From Candidatus Undivivens industriae (lineage in GTDB: Bacteria > Omnitrophota > Gorgyraeia > Gygaellales > Profunditerraquicolaceae), in assembly GCA_012514745.1 (NCBI GenBank), contig JAAYZR010000010.1:1401-65400 (forward strand): a DNA stretch of 64,000 bases, written 5' to 3'. Positions 11,926 to 22,741 of this stretch are shown here, in pieces (the first letter of the stretch is position 1; every line of letters starts with the position of its first letter). The notes under the pieces are model-generated. The model worked only from the letters and a program-made list of their open reading frames with translations, did not search any database and was not told the origin of the DNA. Position numbers and translations under genes: made by a program.

Positions 11926-13230
11926 TCACTGCCTCTTTTTTTCTACCGTGCGTTTGAATATTCTGCCGACGTTGCGTAAATAATAATCCAAGTCGAAAAT
12001 ACGCTTGAGTTCCTTGCCGGAAAGATACGAAGCCACTTCCCGGTCGGCCAGAAGGTTATCCAGAAAAGCGCCTCTCCCCTTCCAGGTGAGCATTGCGCAC
12101 CTCTGCACCATATCGTAAGCCCTCGGCCGGGGCAGCCCCTTCTCCATCAGCTCCAGCAATACCCTTTGCGAGAAAATGAGCCCTCCGGTCATCTCCAGGT
12201 TCTCCCTCATCCTGTCCGGAGAAACTTTCATCCCGTCGACCACCGAAATGAATTTGTGAAACATATAATCCAGGACGATCGTCGAATCCGGTATGATCAC
12301 CCTTTCATTGGAAGAATGGCTGATATCGCGTTCATGCCATAAAGCGGTATTCTCCATGGCGACCTGGGCGTTCCCGCGCAGAAGCCGGCTCAGCCCGCAG
12401 ATACGCTCGCAGATGACCGGGTTGCGTTTATGCGGCATCGCGGAAGATCCCTTTTGCCCTTTGCCGAAAGGCTCTTCAACCTCCAGCACTTCCGTCCTCT
12501 GCAGATGCCTGAGCTCCATGGCGAACTTTTCCAGGCTGCCGCCGATCAAAGCCAAAACGCAAAGGTAAGCGGCGTAAACGTCCCTCTGGATTATCTGCGT
12601 GGAGATGGAAGCCGGCTTTAGCCCCAGCCTGCGGCAGACGAATAGTTCTACTGCCGGGTCTATGTTGGAGTAAGTCCCCACGGCGCCGGACAATTTGCCC
12701 TGCGCCGCCTCTGCGGCGGACGTTTTCAGGCGTTCGATATTGCGCAATGTCTCTTCATACCAGACCGCCAGCTTCAACCCGAAAGTCAAAGGTTCGGCGT
12801 GCACGCCGTGCGTGCGGCCTATACAAACCGTGCGCTTGTGACGCAGCGCCTGGCGCTTTATGGAAAACAAGAGTCTCTCCAGGTCGCGCAACAATATCGC
12901 GGAAGCCGATTTCAACTGCACCCCGAGAGTAGTGTCCAGCAGGTCGGAAGAAGTCAGGCCGGCATGAAAATACTGCGCGTCCTTACCTATGGAAGCGGAA
13001 ACGTTGGCCACGAAAGCCACGATGTCGTGGTTCGTGCTTTCTTCTATTCTCTTTATCTCATCCACGTCGAACCGCGCTTTTTTGCGCATCCTGGACGCGG
13101 CGGCCGCCGGTATCCTGCCCCGTCCGGCAAGCGCTTCGGCGGCAAGCAACTCTATTTCAAGCATGGTGCGGAACTTAAAGTCGTCCTTCCAGACGGCGGA
13201 CATTTCAGGCAAACTGTATCGCTCTATCAT
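11926..13230 (-). CDS. purB: Adenylosuccinate lyase
   Basis: MIERYS start with GGAGG RBS (ATG 13230, not the ORF-track start 13392); GRTHG and SSAMPHKRNP signatures. Confidence 0.97.
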   Translation of the reverse strand: MIERYSLPEMSAVWKDDFKFRTMLEIELLAAEALAGRGRIPAAAASRMRKKARFDVDEIKRIEESTNHDIVAFVANVSASIGKDAQYFHAGLTSSDLLDTTLGVQLKSASAILLRDLERLLFSIKRQALRHKRTVCIGRTHGVHAEPLTFGLKLAVWYEETLRNIERLKTSAAEAAQGKLSGAVGTYSNIDPAVELFVCRRLGLKPASISTQIIQRDVYAAYLCVLALIGGSLEKFAMELRHLQRTEVLEVEEPFGKGQKGSSAMPHKRNPVICERICGLSRLLRGNAQVAMENTALWHERDISHSSNERVIIPDSTIVLDYMFHKFISVVDGMKVSPDRMRENLEMTGGLIFSQRVLLELMEKGLPRPRAYDMVQRCAMLTWKGRGAFLDNLLADREVASYLSGKELKRIFDLDYYLRNVGRIFKRTVEKKRQ

Positions 13231-13249
13231 ATCTCCTCCAGAGAGTGTT

Positions 13250-13277
13250 ATTATATCAGAAATACACCGCTTCGCAA
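13250..13277 (-). promoter_or_regulatory. Putative sigma70 promoter of the pur cluster
   Basis: TTGCGA-16 nt-TATAAT with extended -10 TG, about 20 nt upstream of purB. Confidence 0.6.
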
Positions 13278-13297
13278 TAAAAAGTCCCATAAAACTA

Positions 13298-13325
13298 TTG
13301 ACAAAAATTTCTATGATGTTATAGT
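13298..13325 (+). promoter_or_regulatory. Putative sigma70 promoter of the cold-shock gene
   Basis: TTGACA-16 nt-TATAGT with TGn; implies a ~110-nt AU-rich 5' UTR. Confidence 0.65.
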
Positions 13326-13443
13326 TATTTTGTAATTTATAAAAGTGAAGGAGAATTTTATTGCGTGATAATCGGAAAAACCCGTAAAGCAAGTAATGAG
13401 CTGAGCTTTACGGATTTTTTTTAAAAGGAGGGGAAAAGCGGCA

Positions 13444-13656
13444 ATGGCAAAAGGCAAAGTAAAGTGGTTCAGCAATCAGAAGGGTTATGGATTCATAACC
13501 GGGGAAAACGGGAAAGACGTATTTGTCCACTACAGCGCTATCAAGGGCGACGGTTACAAGAGCCTTGAAGAGGGACAGGACGTTGAATTCGAAGTCACGC
13601 AAGGCCCCAAGGGTGAGCAGGCTTCCAACGTCAGCAAAGCATCTCCTTCAGTATAA
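13444..13656 (+). CDS. cspA: Cold-shock protein
   Basis: GKVKWF, KGYGFI (RNP1), DVFVHYSAI (RNP2) and GPKG motifs; AGGAGG RBS. Confidence 0.97.
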   Translation: MAKGKVKWFSNQKGYGFITGENGKDVFVHYSAIKGDGYKSLEEGQDVEFEVTQGPKGEQASNVSKASPSV

Positions 13657-13683
13657 TTTCTCTACATCCTATCGCTGTACAGA

Positions 13684-13718
13684 GCCCCCTGCCGCGCAAG
13701 CGGCGGGGGTTTTTGTTT
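13684..13718 (+). terminator. Intrinsic terminator after csp
   Basis: GCCCCCTGCCGC-GCAA-GCGGCGGGGGT followed by TTTTGTTT. Confidence 0.9.
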
Positions 13719-13945
13719 GCCCAAAACAATCCGGGTCTGCTTACCCTTTTGCTGCAGCGGGAGTTTCTGTCAAAACTATCCCGGTCATCGGGAGGCGAAA
13801 CAAAACAAGAAGGAATTTCCTGAAGATGCTTCGATGGGCTTCAATCGGGAGTAACCGAATTGCTCTTCGCTCTATTTTCTAATCTCTATCGCTCAATTGC
13901 TCTGCCATTCCGTATCGAGGAATGACTTGGGGTCCTTTACTCCCA

Positions 13946-13974
13946 AATAAAAAAAGAGCCTCTTTAGACTCTCT
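13946..13974 (-). terminator. Probable terminator after tRNA-Phe
   Basis: Minus strand reads GAGAGTCT-AAAG-AGGCTCTT followed by a T-run. Confidence 0.6.
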
Positions 13975-13985
13975 ATTCTTCGAAA

Positions 13986-14060
13986 TGGTGCCGAGGGAGG
14001 GAATCGGACCCCCCACGCCGGCCTTTTCAGGGCCGCGCTCTACCACTGAGCTACCTCGGC
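13986..14060 (-). tRNA. tRNA-Phe(GAA)
   Basis: GCCGAGG acceptor stem, anticodon arm CGGCC-CTGAAAA-GGCCG, encoded CCA. The T-loop reads TCCGATT. Confidence 0.93.
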
Positions 14061-14084
14061 ATCAACGTTTCAGTATATTTTGGG

Positions 14085-14112
14085 ATTATAACATATTTCC
14101 CGCCCCGGACAA
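14085..14112 (-). promoter_or_regulatory. Putative promoter of tRNA-Phe
   Basis: TTGTCC-16 nt-TATAAT with TGn. Confidence 0.6.
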
Positions 14113-14185
14113 GGAAAAACTTATCCGGTGCCATTATCAAAATAGAAATGTTTTAACATATCCTCAAACTGCCCGATAGGGAAAC

Positions 14186-14608
14186 CTATTTCTCGGACAG
14201 ACGCGCCCCCTCGGCGATGGCCTTGCTGAAGACTTCCTTGGCCATATCTATCCTGGGTTCACCTTCGTTCTTGACGGTTATGCGCAACCGGTTAATCTTT
14301 TTGGTCATACGGATTATGCGAATATCCATAATAGTCGAGAGGACGTCAAGCTGTATATATCCCCTTGCCCTGCTTTCCTGCCTGATCACCCCCTTGATAC
14401 GGCTAACCATATAAACGGCATCCCAAAGATCCCGGTAGAAAATATCCGTATCTCCCTGTATGGTATTCCTGCCGACCATCTTACCGGAAGTCAGTAAGGT
14501 TTGAGACTTTGACGTCCAGAAGAAGGGAGTGCAGCCTTGCAGCGACTGCATTATCAAAACCGCCGCCAACATTAATACTACCGCCATTCCCGCTGTTTTT
14601 CTCATCAT
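14186..14608 (-). CDS. Hypothetical lipoprotein
   Basis: Signal peptide MMRKTAGMAVVLMLAAVLIMQSLQGC with a lipobox-like LQGC; start placed at ATG 14608. Confidence 0.7.
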   Translation of the reverse strand: MMRKTAGMAVVLMLAAVLIMQSLQGCTPFFWTSKSQTLLTSGKMVGRNTIQGDTDIFYRDLWDAVYMVSRIKGVIRQESRARGYIQLDVLSTIMDIRIIRMTKKINRLRITVKNEGEPRIDMAKEVFSKAIAEGARLSEK

Positions 14609-14705
14609 TTCAGCTCTTTCCTGGAGAATATCTTGACGAAACAAAAGATATTCAACGCTATTATACCAAACCAGAATATAATGAAAAACACCCACCCGCC
14701 GGCCG

Positions 14706-16295
14706 TCATTTACCCTCTCTCCCCAACTCTCTTCTTTTCCAGGCCGTCCTGACAAGCGAAACCAGCAGAATGAATATGCCCAGTAGAACGCATCGGGTGG
14801 CTAAAACAAAAGGCTTGTCCTGCGGCGGCACCTCTTTCATCATGATCACCGGCAGCCATTGTTGAAAGAACCACATCCCCAGTATAGCAAACAAGAACAA
14901 GGGAGTCACATATTTAATGATGAATTTATACACTGAAGGGACGGCGAGATCCGCCCCCTTATGTATCTCTTCCCAGGCGTTTTGCATGCCGAGGACCCAG
15001 CTGAAGAGTATAGTCTCTATAGTGGCGAATACCACCAGAAAAACCGTCCCGCCCCAGAAATCCAGTTCGTCCACCACCCCGTTCTTGAGAAAAAATATCA
15101 CGGGCTGGCAAAGAAGAAAAGCCGTGACGGCGAATATTATCACCGCTTTCTTCCTCTCCAGGCCGAATTCATCCTCCATAAAGGCTATCACCGGCTGCGC
15201 GAGAGATACGGAAGAAGTGATACCCGCGAGGAAAAACAGGAAAAACCAGCAGAAACCGGTGATCTGGCTCCAGGGCATACTGTTTATGATCAAGGGCATG
15301 GTAACGAATCCCAGGTTAAACACGCCCGAGACGGCGATCTCTCCCGTCGCCTGCGGCCCGAAGAAAACGAAAGCGGCGGGGATTATGATACCGCCGCCAA
15401 GTATTACCTCGGCAAACTCGTTGGTGCCTGCCGCGGTAAGACCGGAAAGCACGACATCGTCCCCTTTGGAAAGATAACTGGCGTAGGTGAGTATCACGCC
15501 TATCCCGACGCTTAACGTGAAGAACACCTGGCCCGCGGCTTCCAGCCAGACCTTTGCCGACTTCAAAGCCGTGAAATCAGGATTCCAAAGGAAACCGAAG
15601 CCGTTGGCTATGTTCCACTCAGGATGCAGGACATTCGGGGCGCCCAGACTGACCACCCGCAGCAAAAGTATCAATCCCAGAGAAAGAAGAAGCGGCAGCG
15701 CCACCTTGCAAAGCCGCTCAATACCGCCCTTGATACCGTAATACAAAACGGCGACGTTCAGGATAAACGTACAGACAAAGAAGAAGTAAGCGGTGCCTAT
15801 ACCGGAGAAGTATCCGTTTTTCTCCACCCCCTGGAACCCGTGGAGAAAGGCACGCATCATTTCCTGCCCGGTTATGCCGCGGTAACTCCCGGCGAGGGAA
15901 AAAAAGCTGTAGGCCAGCGTCCATGATTCGATGTAGGAATAATATATGAATATGACCAGCGGACCGAACAGTCCGATAACGCCGAAGTATTTTATAAACC
16001 TGTTCTTGCGCCAGATGGAATGGAATATGCCCGGCGCCGTTCCGTGCCCGAAACCGCCTCCGTAGCGGCCAAGCGTCCACTCAATCCACATCAACGGGAT
16101 CCCGAGCAAAAGGAAAGCTATAAGATAAGGGATCATGAAAGCGCCGCCGCCGTTTGCCGCTGCCTTGGCCGGGAACCTCAAGAAGTTCCCCAGCCCGATG
16201 GCGGATCCCGCCACAGCCATGACCACGCCCAGGCGGCTTCCCCAATTCTCTCTTTGCCGCTCAGGCGAATGCTTAGCCGGAAGTTTCTTGCTCAT
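14706..16295 (-). CDS. Sodium-dependent transporter, NSS/SNF (LeuT-like) family
   Basis: RENWGSR, GSAIGLGNFLRFP, NGGGAFMIPY and QVFFTLSVG motifs; about 12 hydrophobic segments. Confidence 0.95.
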   Translation of the reverse strand: MSKKLPAKHSPERQRENWGSRLGVVMAVAGSAIGLGNFLRFPAKAAANGGGAFMIPYLIAFLLLGIPLMWIEWTLGRYGGGFGHGTAPGIFHSIWRKNRFIKYFGVIGLFGPLVIFIYYSYIESWTLAYSFFSLAGSYRGITGQEMMRAFLHGFQGVEKNGYFSGIGTAYFFFVCTFILNVAVLYYGIKGGIERLCKVALPLLLSLGLILLLRVVSLGAPNVLHPEWNIANGFGFLWNPDFTALKSAKVWLEAAGQVFFTLSVGIGVILTYASYLSKGDDVVLSGLTAAGTNEFAEVILGGGIIIPAAFVFFGPQATGEIAVSGVFNLGFVTMPLIINSMPWSQITGFCWFFLFFLAGITSSVSLAQPVIAFMEDEFGLERKKAVIIFAVTAFLLCQPVIFFLKNGVVDELDFWGGTVFLVVFATIETILFSWVLGMQNAWEEIHKGADLAVPSVYKFIIKYVTPLFLFAILGMWFFQQWLPVIMMKEVPPQDKPFVLATRCVLLGIFILLVSLVRTAWKRRELGREGK

Positions 16296-16752
16296 CTGCA
16301 CCGACGGTCGGTTTCGTATCATTCTCCTCCGGGACGGCGGAAGGTTTCCTCTCCGGCTCCGGAGGAGGAAGCAGCGCCGACAGTTCCTCCCTCACCGTAT
16401 CCCTGGCGTAACTGCTGGGAGAGGCTATCTCGATCTCGGTTTTCCCTCCCTCAAGCCCGCGCAGAAAGACACCGGCGACGGTAGTATTCTCGGCGGACAT
16501 ATAAAACGCTATCACCCCTTCGTTACGCTCCCGGCGATAAATATACCTGCCTGCCTTCTTCAACTCGGCCAAAACCGCGGTATAAACCGCATCGCGATCC
16601 CCGGGAACAACCATTTGAACCGATTTTACCCGGGATACTTCTATCTCTCTTATTGAAGTCCCCAGCACGCCGTGCATCCTCTCTCCCACAGAAGCGCATC
16701 CGGAAAACAGAACGCTGCCCGCCACCGCCAAAACTATCAGAATCTCTCTCAT
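16273..16752 (-). CDS. Hypothetical lipoprotein
   Basis: Signal peptide with lipobox FSGC; GGAGG RBS; overlaps the NSS start. Confidence 0.75.
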   Translation of the reverse strand: MREILIVLAVAGSVLFSGCASVGERMHGVLGTSIREIEVSRVKSVQMVVPGDRDAVYTAVLAELKKAGRYIYRRERNEGVIAFYMSAENTTVAGVFLRGLEGGKTEIEIASPSSYARDTVREELSALLPPPEPERKPSAVPEENDTKPTVGADEQETSG

Positions 16753-16781
16753 CTTTTTCCCGCCTCCTTATAGTACGGGGA

Positions 16782-18776
16782 CTATACCAATTCCCTGATC
16801 TGCTGTAAATGCAGTCTGGTCTCTTTTTCTCCTCTTAACGAGAATTCAGCGGCCCGGTGCAGGTCAAGCCAGAACAGGCCGGAAGTATCCGGATTGATCA
16901 CAACGTCCGCCAGGGCTGCTTCCTTGCGCGCCAGTTCCGACTGCATATATTCCACGCTGCTGAAAATAAGGTCAAGAATATTCAGGCTCAGCCTGCTCTT
17001 CAGGAATCTCGCCAGCGCAGGGTGTCTCGACTGCTCCTGCGATATCTCTTCTTGCGCGCGTTCCAGTCCTTTGGACAATCTTTCCTTAGAAGGGGTAACG
17101 TTGACGGCTATTATCCTGCGCGCCCCGGACTGCACCAGCACTTCCACCGGCAGCGGATGAGCGATCCCCCCGTCGAGCAGAATATCCCCCCCGGAAATAA
17201 AAGGCCTGAATATTCCCGGCATAGAACAGCTGGTCATTATCGCGTCCACCAGCGAGCCGCTTTCCAGCACGCGCGCCTCTTTCCTTCGTATATCGCTGGC
17301 GACGATCTTCAACGGCAGTTTCACGTCCCTGAAAGTCTTGTTACCGAGGTGCCTTTTCAGGAACCGGTAAAGCTTATTACCTTTTATAAACCCTGTCCAG
17401 GGAAATGTCAAGTCAATGAGTTTCCAGGCGCAGGTATAGTCCTTGAATTCACCGGCAATCTCCAGGATCTCCCCGCTGGATTTACCGGTGACCCAGAGGC
17501 TGGCAATCACGCCCCCCATGCTGGAGCCGGAAATGACGTCTATCGGGACCTTCTCCTCTTCCAACACTTTAAGAACGCCCAAATGGCAGAGCCCGTAGGC
17601 AAAACCGACGCCCAGGGCAAGGCCGGTAGTGCAGCCGCCGCTCTCTCTGGCGATGCGCCGCACGGCCAGGGAATACCCGGTTGCCGGGTTCTTCTCCGTC
17701 TCCAATCCTTCGGCCGGAGGGCCTATCACGGGCAGCGTGGCAAAAACGCTCCTGTTGAGCACGCCGGCTCTCTCCTCCGGACGCAGACGCGCATATCCGT
17801 AATCGTTGACGATCAACTTTATATTCTCTCCGGAGAAAGATTTTTCTTTCTCCAGCTTGTCCGAGAAATTACCGGTCTTGCGCAATTCGGCGGAAGACGG
17901 CCCGCTTATCAAGTGAAGCGTTTGCGCCTGCCGCAAGAGCCCGGATACGAATTCGTCTCCGAAAGGCGGCAGATCTATTATTATGTAATGGTATTTCGAA
18001 AACAGCGAACTAAGGATATCGACCACGGTAGCCGCCGATTCGTCTCCGGTACCGGAATAATTCAAACACAAGAAATCCAGCCCTTCCCTGCCTTTCATTA
18101 TCATAGGAGAGACATCGAAACCGCGGTATTGCCTGTAATCAGACAGGTCGAGATCGGGATAACAACTCCCTGTCCCGAAAATGGCCGGCATAGCATGCAG
18201 TTTATTCTTCTGCCTGACTTCCACCACAAGGATGTTCTTTAAAGTCTCCCTGCGCAGACTGAAGGCCAGGTTGGCGGTGTAAAAAGTCTTGCCGCTGTTG
18301 GGGGACAGCCCCATCACCGCGATTATCTCCGTCTCGAAGACTTTTTTTCTCGCCGTCTCCCTGCTTCTCAGACGGCGCGAAAGCGTCCGGCTGAGATCAA
18401 GACCCATACGCGGAATTCTCTCAAGAAGGACATCGAAATTCTCTCTTTTTATTATCACCAGTCTGCTGTCGTTGAAAGCCTCGGCCGTCACTGAATGCGA
18501 TTCTCCGGTCAAGAGGGAAATAATGCCGAAATACTGCCCGCGGTGCAGGTAATCTATGAAAAGGTTCCTGCCGTGATCATCCCGGAGGTAAGCCGCCACC
18601 CTTCCGGAAAGAACACAATAGAAAGCTCCCGGAGGGTCCCCGTAATTATATATGATCGCCCCTTTGGGATAAGCGACGATATCGTATTTCCCCTCGAGCA
18701 TCCGGTATTCTTCGGGGCTGAATCCGGCGAAAAAGGGAAGGCTTCTTAATATCTCAATACCGAATTCAGGCGTCAT
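16782..18776 (-). CDS. cNMP-binding / P-loop-like / patatin-like phospholipase multidomain protein
   Basis: N-terminal cNMP domain (GQYFGIISLL), central GLSPNSGKT, C-terminal patatin motifs GVGFAYG, GSSMG and DGG. Confidence 0.85.
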   Translation of the reverse strand: MTPEFGIEILRSLPFFAGFSPEEYRMLEGKYDIVAYPKGAIIYNYGDPPGAFYCVLSGRVAAYLRDDHGRNLFIDYLHRGQYFGIISLLTGESHSVTAEAFNDSRLVIIKRENFDVLLERIPRMGLDLSRTLSRRLRSRETARKKVFETEIIAVMGLSPNSGKTFYTANLAFSLRRETLKNILVVEVRQKNKLHAMPAIFGTGSCYPDLDLSDYRQYRGFDVSPMIMKGREGLDFLCLNYSGTGDESAATVVDILSSLFSKYHYIIIDLPPFGDEFVSGLLRQAQTLHLISGPSSAELRKTGNFSDKLEKEKSFSGENIKLIVNDYGYARLRPEERAGVLNRSVFATLPVIGPPAEGLETEKNPATGYSLAVRRIARESGGCTTGLALGVGFAYGLCHLGVLKVLEEEKVPIDVISGSSMGGVIASLWVTGKSSGEILEIAGEFKDYTCAWKLIDLTFPWTGFIKGNKLYRFLKRHLGNKTFRDVKLPLKIVASDIRRKEARVLESGSLVDAIMTSCSMPGIFRPFISGGDILLDGGIAHPLPVEVLVQSGARRIIAVNVTPSKERLSKGLERAQEEISQEQSRHPALARFLKSRLSLNILDLIFSSVEYMQSELARKEAALADVVINPDTSGLFWLDLHRAAEFSLRGEKETRLHLQQIRELV

Positions 18777-19990
18777 TCAGGCAATTCTCCCGTCCTGCAG
18801 ACACGCGAGAACCACGATGCGCTTTCCCTCGCTCTGCGCTCCTGAGTGGCATAATCCACTTCCACCAGCCCGAAACGAGGAGCGAATCCCTTATCCCACT
18901 CGAAATTATCCAGCAGCGACCAATAGAAATAACCTTTAAGATCAACCCCGGCTTTTATCGCGCCCGCGGCGGCTTCGAGATGACTTTTTATGAAACCGGC
19001 CCTTTCCCGGTCGTCGGCTGTGGCTATCCCGTTCTCCAGTATGAGCACCGGCAACGCGTATTTCCTGAGGCTAAGCAGTATCTCCGACAGCCCGCGCGGA
19101 TAAATATCCCATCCCAATGAACTCTTGTCCCAGGCATTATCGGAACGCGTCCCCGACAGAAGAGACCGTAGGCCGGGAATTTCCACGCTCACAAGTTGCC
19201 GGGTGTAATAATTCAATCCGATATAATCAAGCGTCCCGGCATGAAAAGCGGCGTCCAGGAACATGCGGTTGAACATCATATCACGCAAGAAGACTCCCAG
19301 TTGATTCCATATCCCGGGCCTCCAGGGCATGAAATACTGCATATGGTGAGCCACGCTTACCGAAGGCGCCGTATTCTTATAAACCCCGCACCTGTCATGT
19401 ATTATGCGGTAAGCCAGTTCATGCGCCGAGAGCAGATTACGAGAGACCCGCACAGCTTTAATGAACGAACGCTGCCGGGGAGGCCAGACGCCGGTAAGAT
19501 AAGAATGGTAGGCGTAAACAAGCGGTTCATTTACGGTCACCCAGTAACGGGCTTTGCCCGAAAGGACGCCGGTTATTTTTTCTATATAACGGCAAAAACA
19601 GGCCGTATTGGCGCGCTTCAGCCATCCGCCCTTGCGGCTGAACCAGGCCGGGCTGGTAAAATGACACAGAGTTACCACCGGTTCCAGATCGTTGGCGGCA
19701 AGAGCGTCCAGGACGGAAGAATAATGGTCCAGGGCGGATTGCGAAAAACGTCCTTCTTCCGGTTCTACACGGCTCCACTCGATCGAGAAACGGTGGGCGT
19801 TATGCCCCAGGGAACGGGCGAGGGCGAAATCTTCCTTATAAAGGGAGAAATGCCGGCAGGCGGCGGAAGACCTATCAAGCCCGCCGCCCGACTGCTCCCA
19901 TTGCCACCAATCGTTGAAGAAATTGTCTCCTTCCACCTGATGAGAGGAAGTCGCAGCGCCCCAGAGGAACCCTTCAGGAAAAGTAAACAT
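18773..19990 (-). CDS. Glycoside hydrolase family 1 (beta-glucosidase-like)
   Basis: FLWGAATSSHQVEG, RFSIEWSR, NEP (acid/base), ENG (nucleophile) and WSLLDNFEW motifs. Confidence 0.95.
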   Translation of the reverse strand: MFTFPEGFLWGAATSSHQVEGDNFFNDWWQWEQSGGGLDRSSAACRHFSLYKEDFALARSLGHNAHRFSIEWSRVEPEEGRFSQSALDHYSSVLDALAANDLEPVVTLCHFTSPAWFSRKGGWLKRANTACFCRYIEKITGVLSGKARYWVTVNEPLVYAYHSYLTGVWPPRQRSFIKAVRVSRNLLSAHELAYRIIHDRCGVYKNTAPSVSVAHHMQYFMPWRPGIWNQLGVFLRDMMFNRMFLDAAFHAGTLDYIGLNYYTRQLVSVEIPGLRSLLSGTRSDNAWDKSSLGWDIYPRGLSEILLSLRKYALPVLILENGIATADDRERAGFIKSHLEAAAGAIKAGVDLKGYFYWSLLDNFEWDKGFAPRFGLVEVDYATQERRARESASWFSRVCRTGELPE

Positions 19991-20056
19991 TTGTCGTTAT
20001 TATATTTAGCAGCCGGTTTAAAACGGAAGAGAAGTATTCTTATATTATAATATAAA

Positions 20057-20090
20057 CAAAAAAAATCCCAACGTAAAAGTTGGGATTTTT
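20057..20090 (-). terminator. Intrinsic terminator downstream of the riboswitch
   Basis: Minus strand reads AAAAATCCCAAC-TTTTAC-GTTGGGATTTTTTTT. Confidence 0.8.
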
Positions 20091-20139
20091 CGCAAGTATA
20101 AGCCGATAAAGGTGACAACACAACTTGCTGCCGCACCTT

Positions 20140-20268
20140 TAACCGGTAGCCCAGCCACCATATTACCCACCTCTTTTGACCGTCTTAGCGGCCTCAACTG
20201 AACGTGATGTAACGTAGGTCTGTGGCTTTGCGCCCCCCGGTTTTCCCGAGGTTTACCTTTATCGGCTA
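20140..20268 (-). ncRNA. Cyclic-di-GMP-I (GEMM) riboswitch aptamer
   Basis: Minus strand reads UAGCCG..AAAGGUAAACCUCGGGAAAACCGGGGGGCGCAAAGCCACAGACCUAC...AUGGUGGCUGGGCUACCGGUUA. P1 is UAGCCG/CGGUUA. G at the position-20 equivalent and C at the position-92 equivalent point to c-di-GMP rather than c-AMP-GMP. Confidence 0.88.
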
Positions 20269-20273
20269 CAAAA

Positions 20274-20302
20274 AGTATACCTCATCTCCCCGGTTTTTTC
20301 AA
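20274..20302 (-). promoter_or_regulatory. Promoter driving the riboswitch RNA
   Basis: TTGAAA-17 nt-TATACT; the predicted TSS falls at the 5' end of P1 (about 20267). Confidence 0.75.
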
Positions 20303-20329
20303 GGCAGAGCTTTTTCAATCAAACCGCTT

Positions 20330-20830
20330 TTATTGCAGCGGGATAGTTTGTTCCGTTTCAACGGTCCCGGTTGAGGAAGTTAAATGCTTCTCCATGACGG
20401 CCCAGGTCTTGGGGCCGACTTTGCCGTCTACCGCCAACCCGTTGGATTTCTGGAATTCCTCTATAGCCGCTTTCGTCTTTGGTCCCACTTTACCGTCTAT
20501 ATTTCCGGAATAATATCCCGCGTTCTTAAGCGCGGTCTGGATGTCCTGGGCGGACGGTTTATACGGCCCTGAAGGAGGTAAAGGTTCCAGTACCGGAACG
20601 GCCGCCGCGGAAACCGCTTCAGCCGCCTTCTCTCCGGCGACCGGTGTCACGGCGGGAAGCCTGTTTTCCTGTATCGCAATCTTATTATCCAGGGTCTGCC
20701 CCCCCAGAGAATCAGCCGACATAGGAGCCTGCATCTCCTCAAGACTCTGCTGTTTTTTATTGCACCCGTTTACGGCCAGGAAAGATACGGCCACCGCTAC
20801 CACCGCTGTGAAGATCTTAGTTCTGCCCAT
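20330..20830 (-). CDS. Lipoprotein with a peptidoglycan-binding (PG_binding_1) domain
   Basis: Lipobox VNGC; IQTALKNAGYY..DGKVGPKT..FQKSNGLAVDGKVGPKTW; AAGGAG RBS. Confidence 0.88.
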   Translation of the reverse strand: MGRTKIFTAVVAVAVSFLAVNGCNKKQQSLEEMQAPMSADSLGGQTLDNKIAIQENRLPAVTPVAGEKAAEAVSAAAVPVLEPLPPSGPYKPSAQDIQTALKNAGYYSGNIDGKVGPKTKAAIEEFQKSNGLAVDGKVGPKTWAVMEKHLTSSTGTVETEQTIPLQ

Positions 20831-21094
20831 TGTTCCATCTGCTCCTTTCATGAATAATACTGGAGCCCCCTCACGCAAAATCCGGAGACTCATGTTTCCG
20901 GCAAAGCCAAGGCTTCACCGGTACTCGCCGCATATCCGATTCTATACTTACTCCGACGCACTCCCCCGACACCCGCGGGCAGGGAATGAATTTATTTTAA
21001 CCCTTATTACCGGAAAATCAAATCATATTTAGGGTCCCGCTTCCCGGCGCCCATCTCTGCACAGTCCTTCCTGATCCGCCCGCGCACTCTAAAA

Positions 21095-22733
<1,639 letters not shown>

Positions 22734-22741
<8 letters not shown>

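Noticed and set aside
16782-18776. Patatin as a CBASS (CapV-like) effector
   Set aside because: There is no CD-NTase or cap gene nearby, and the cNMP-patatin architecture fits housekeeping NTE-like proteins.
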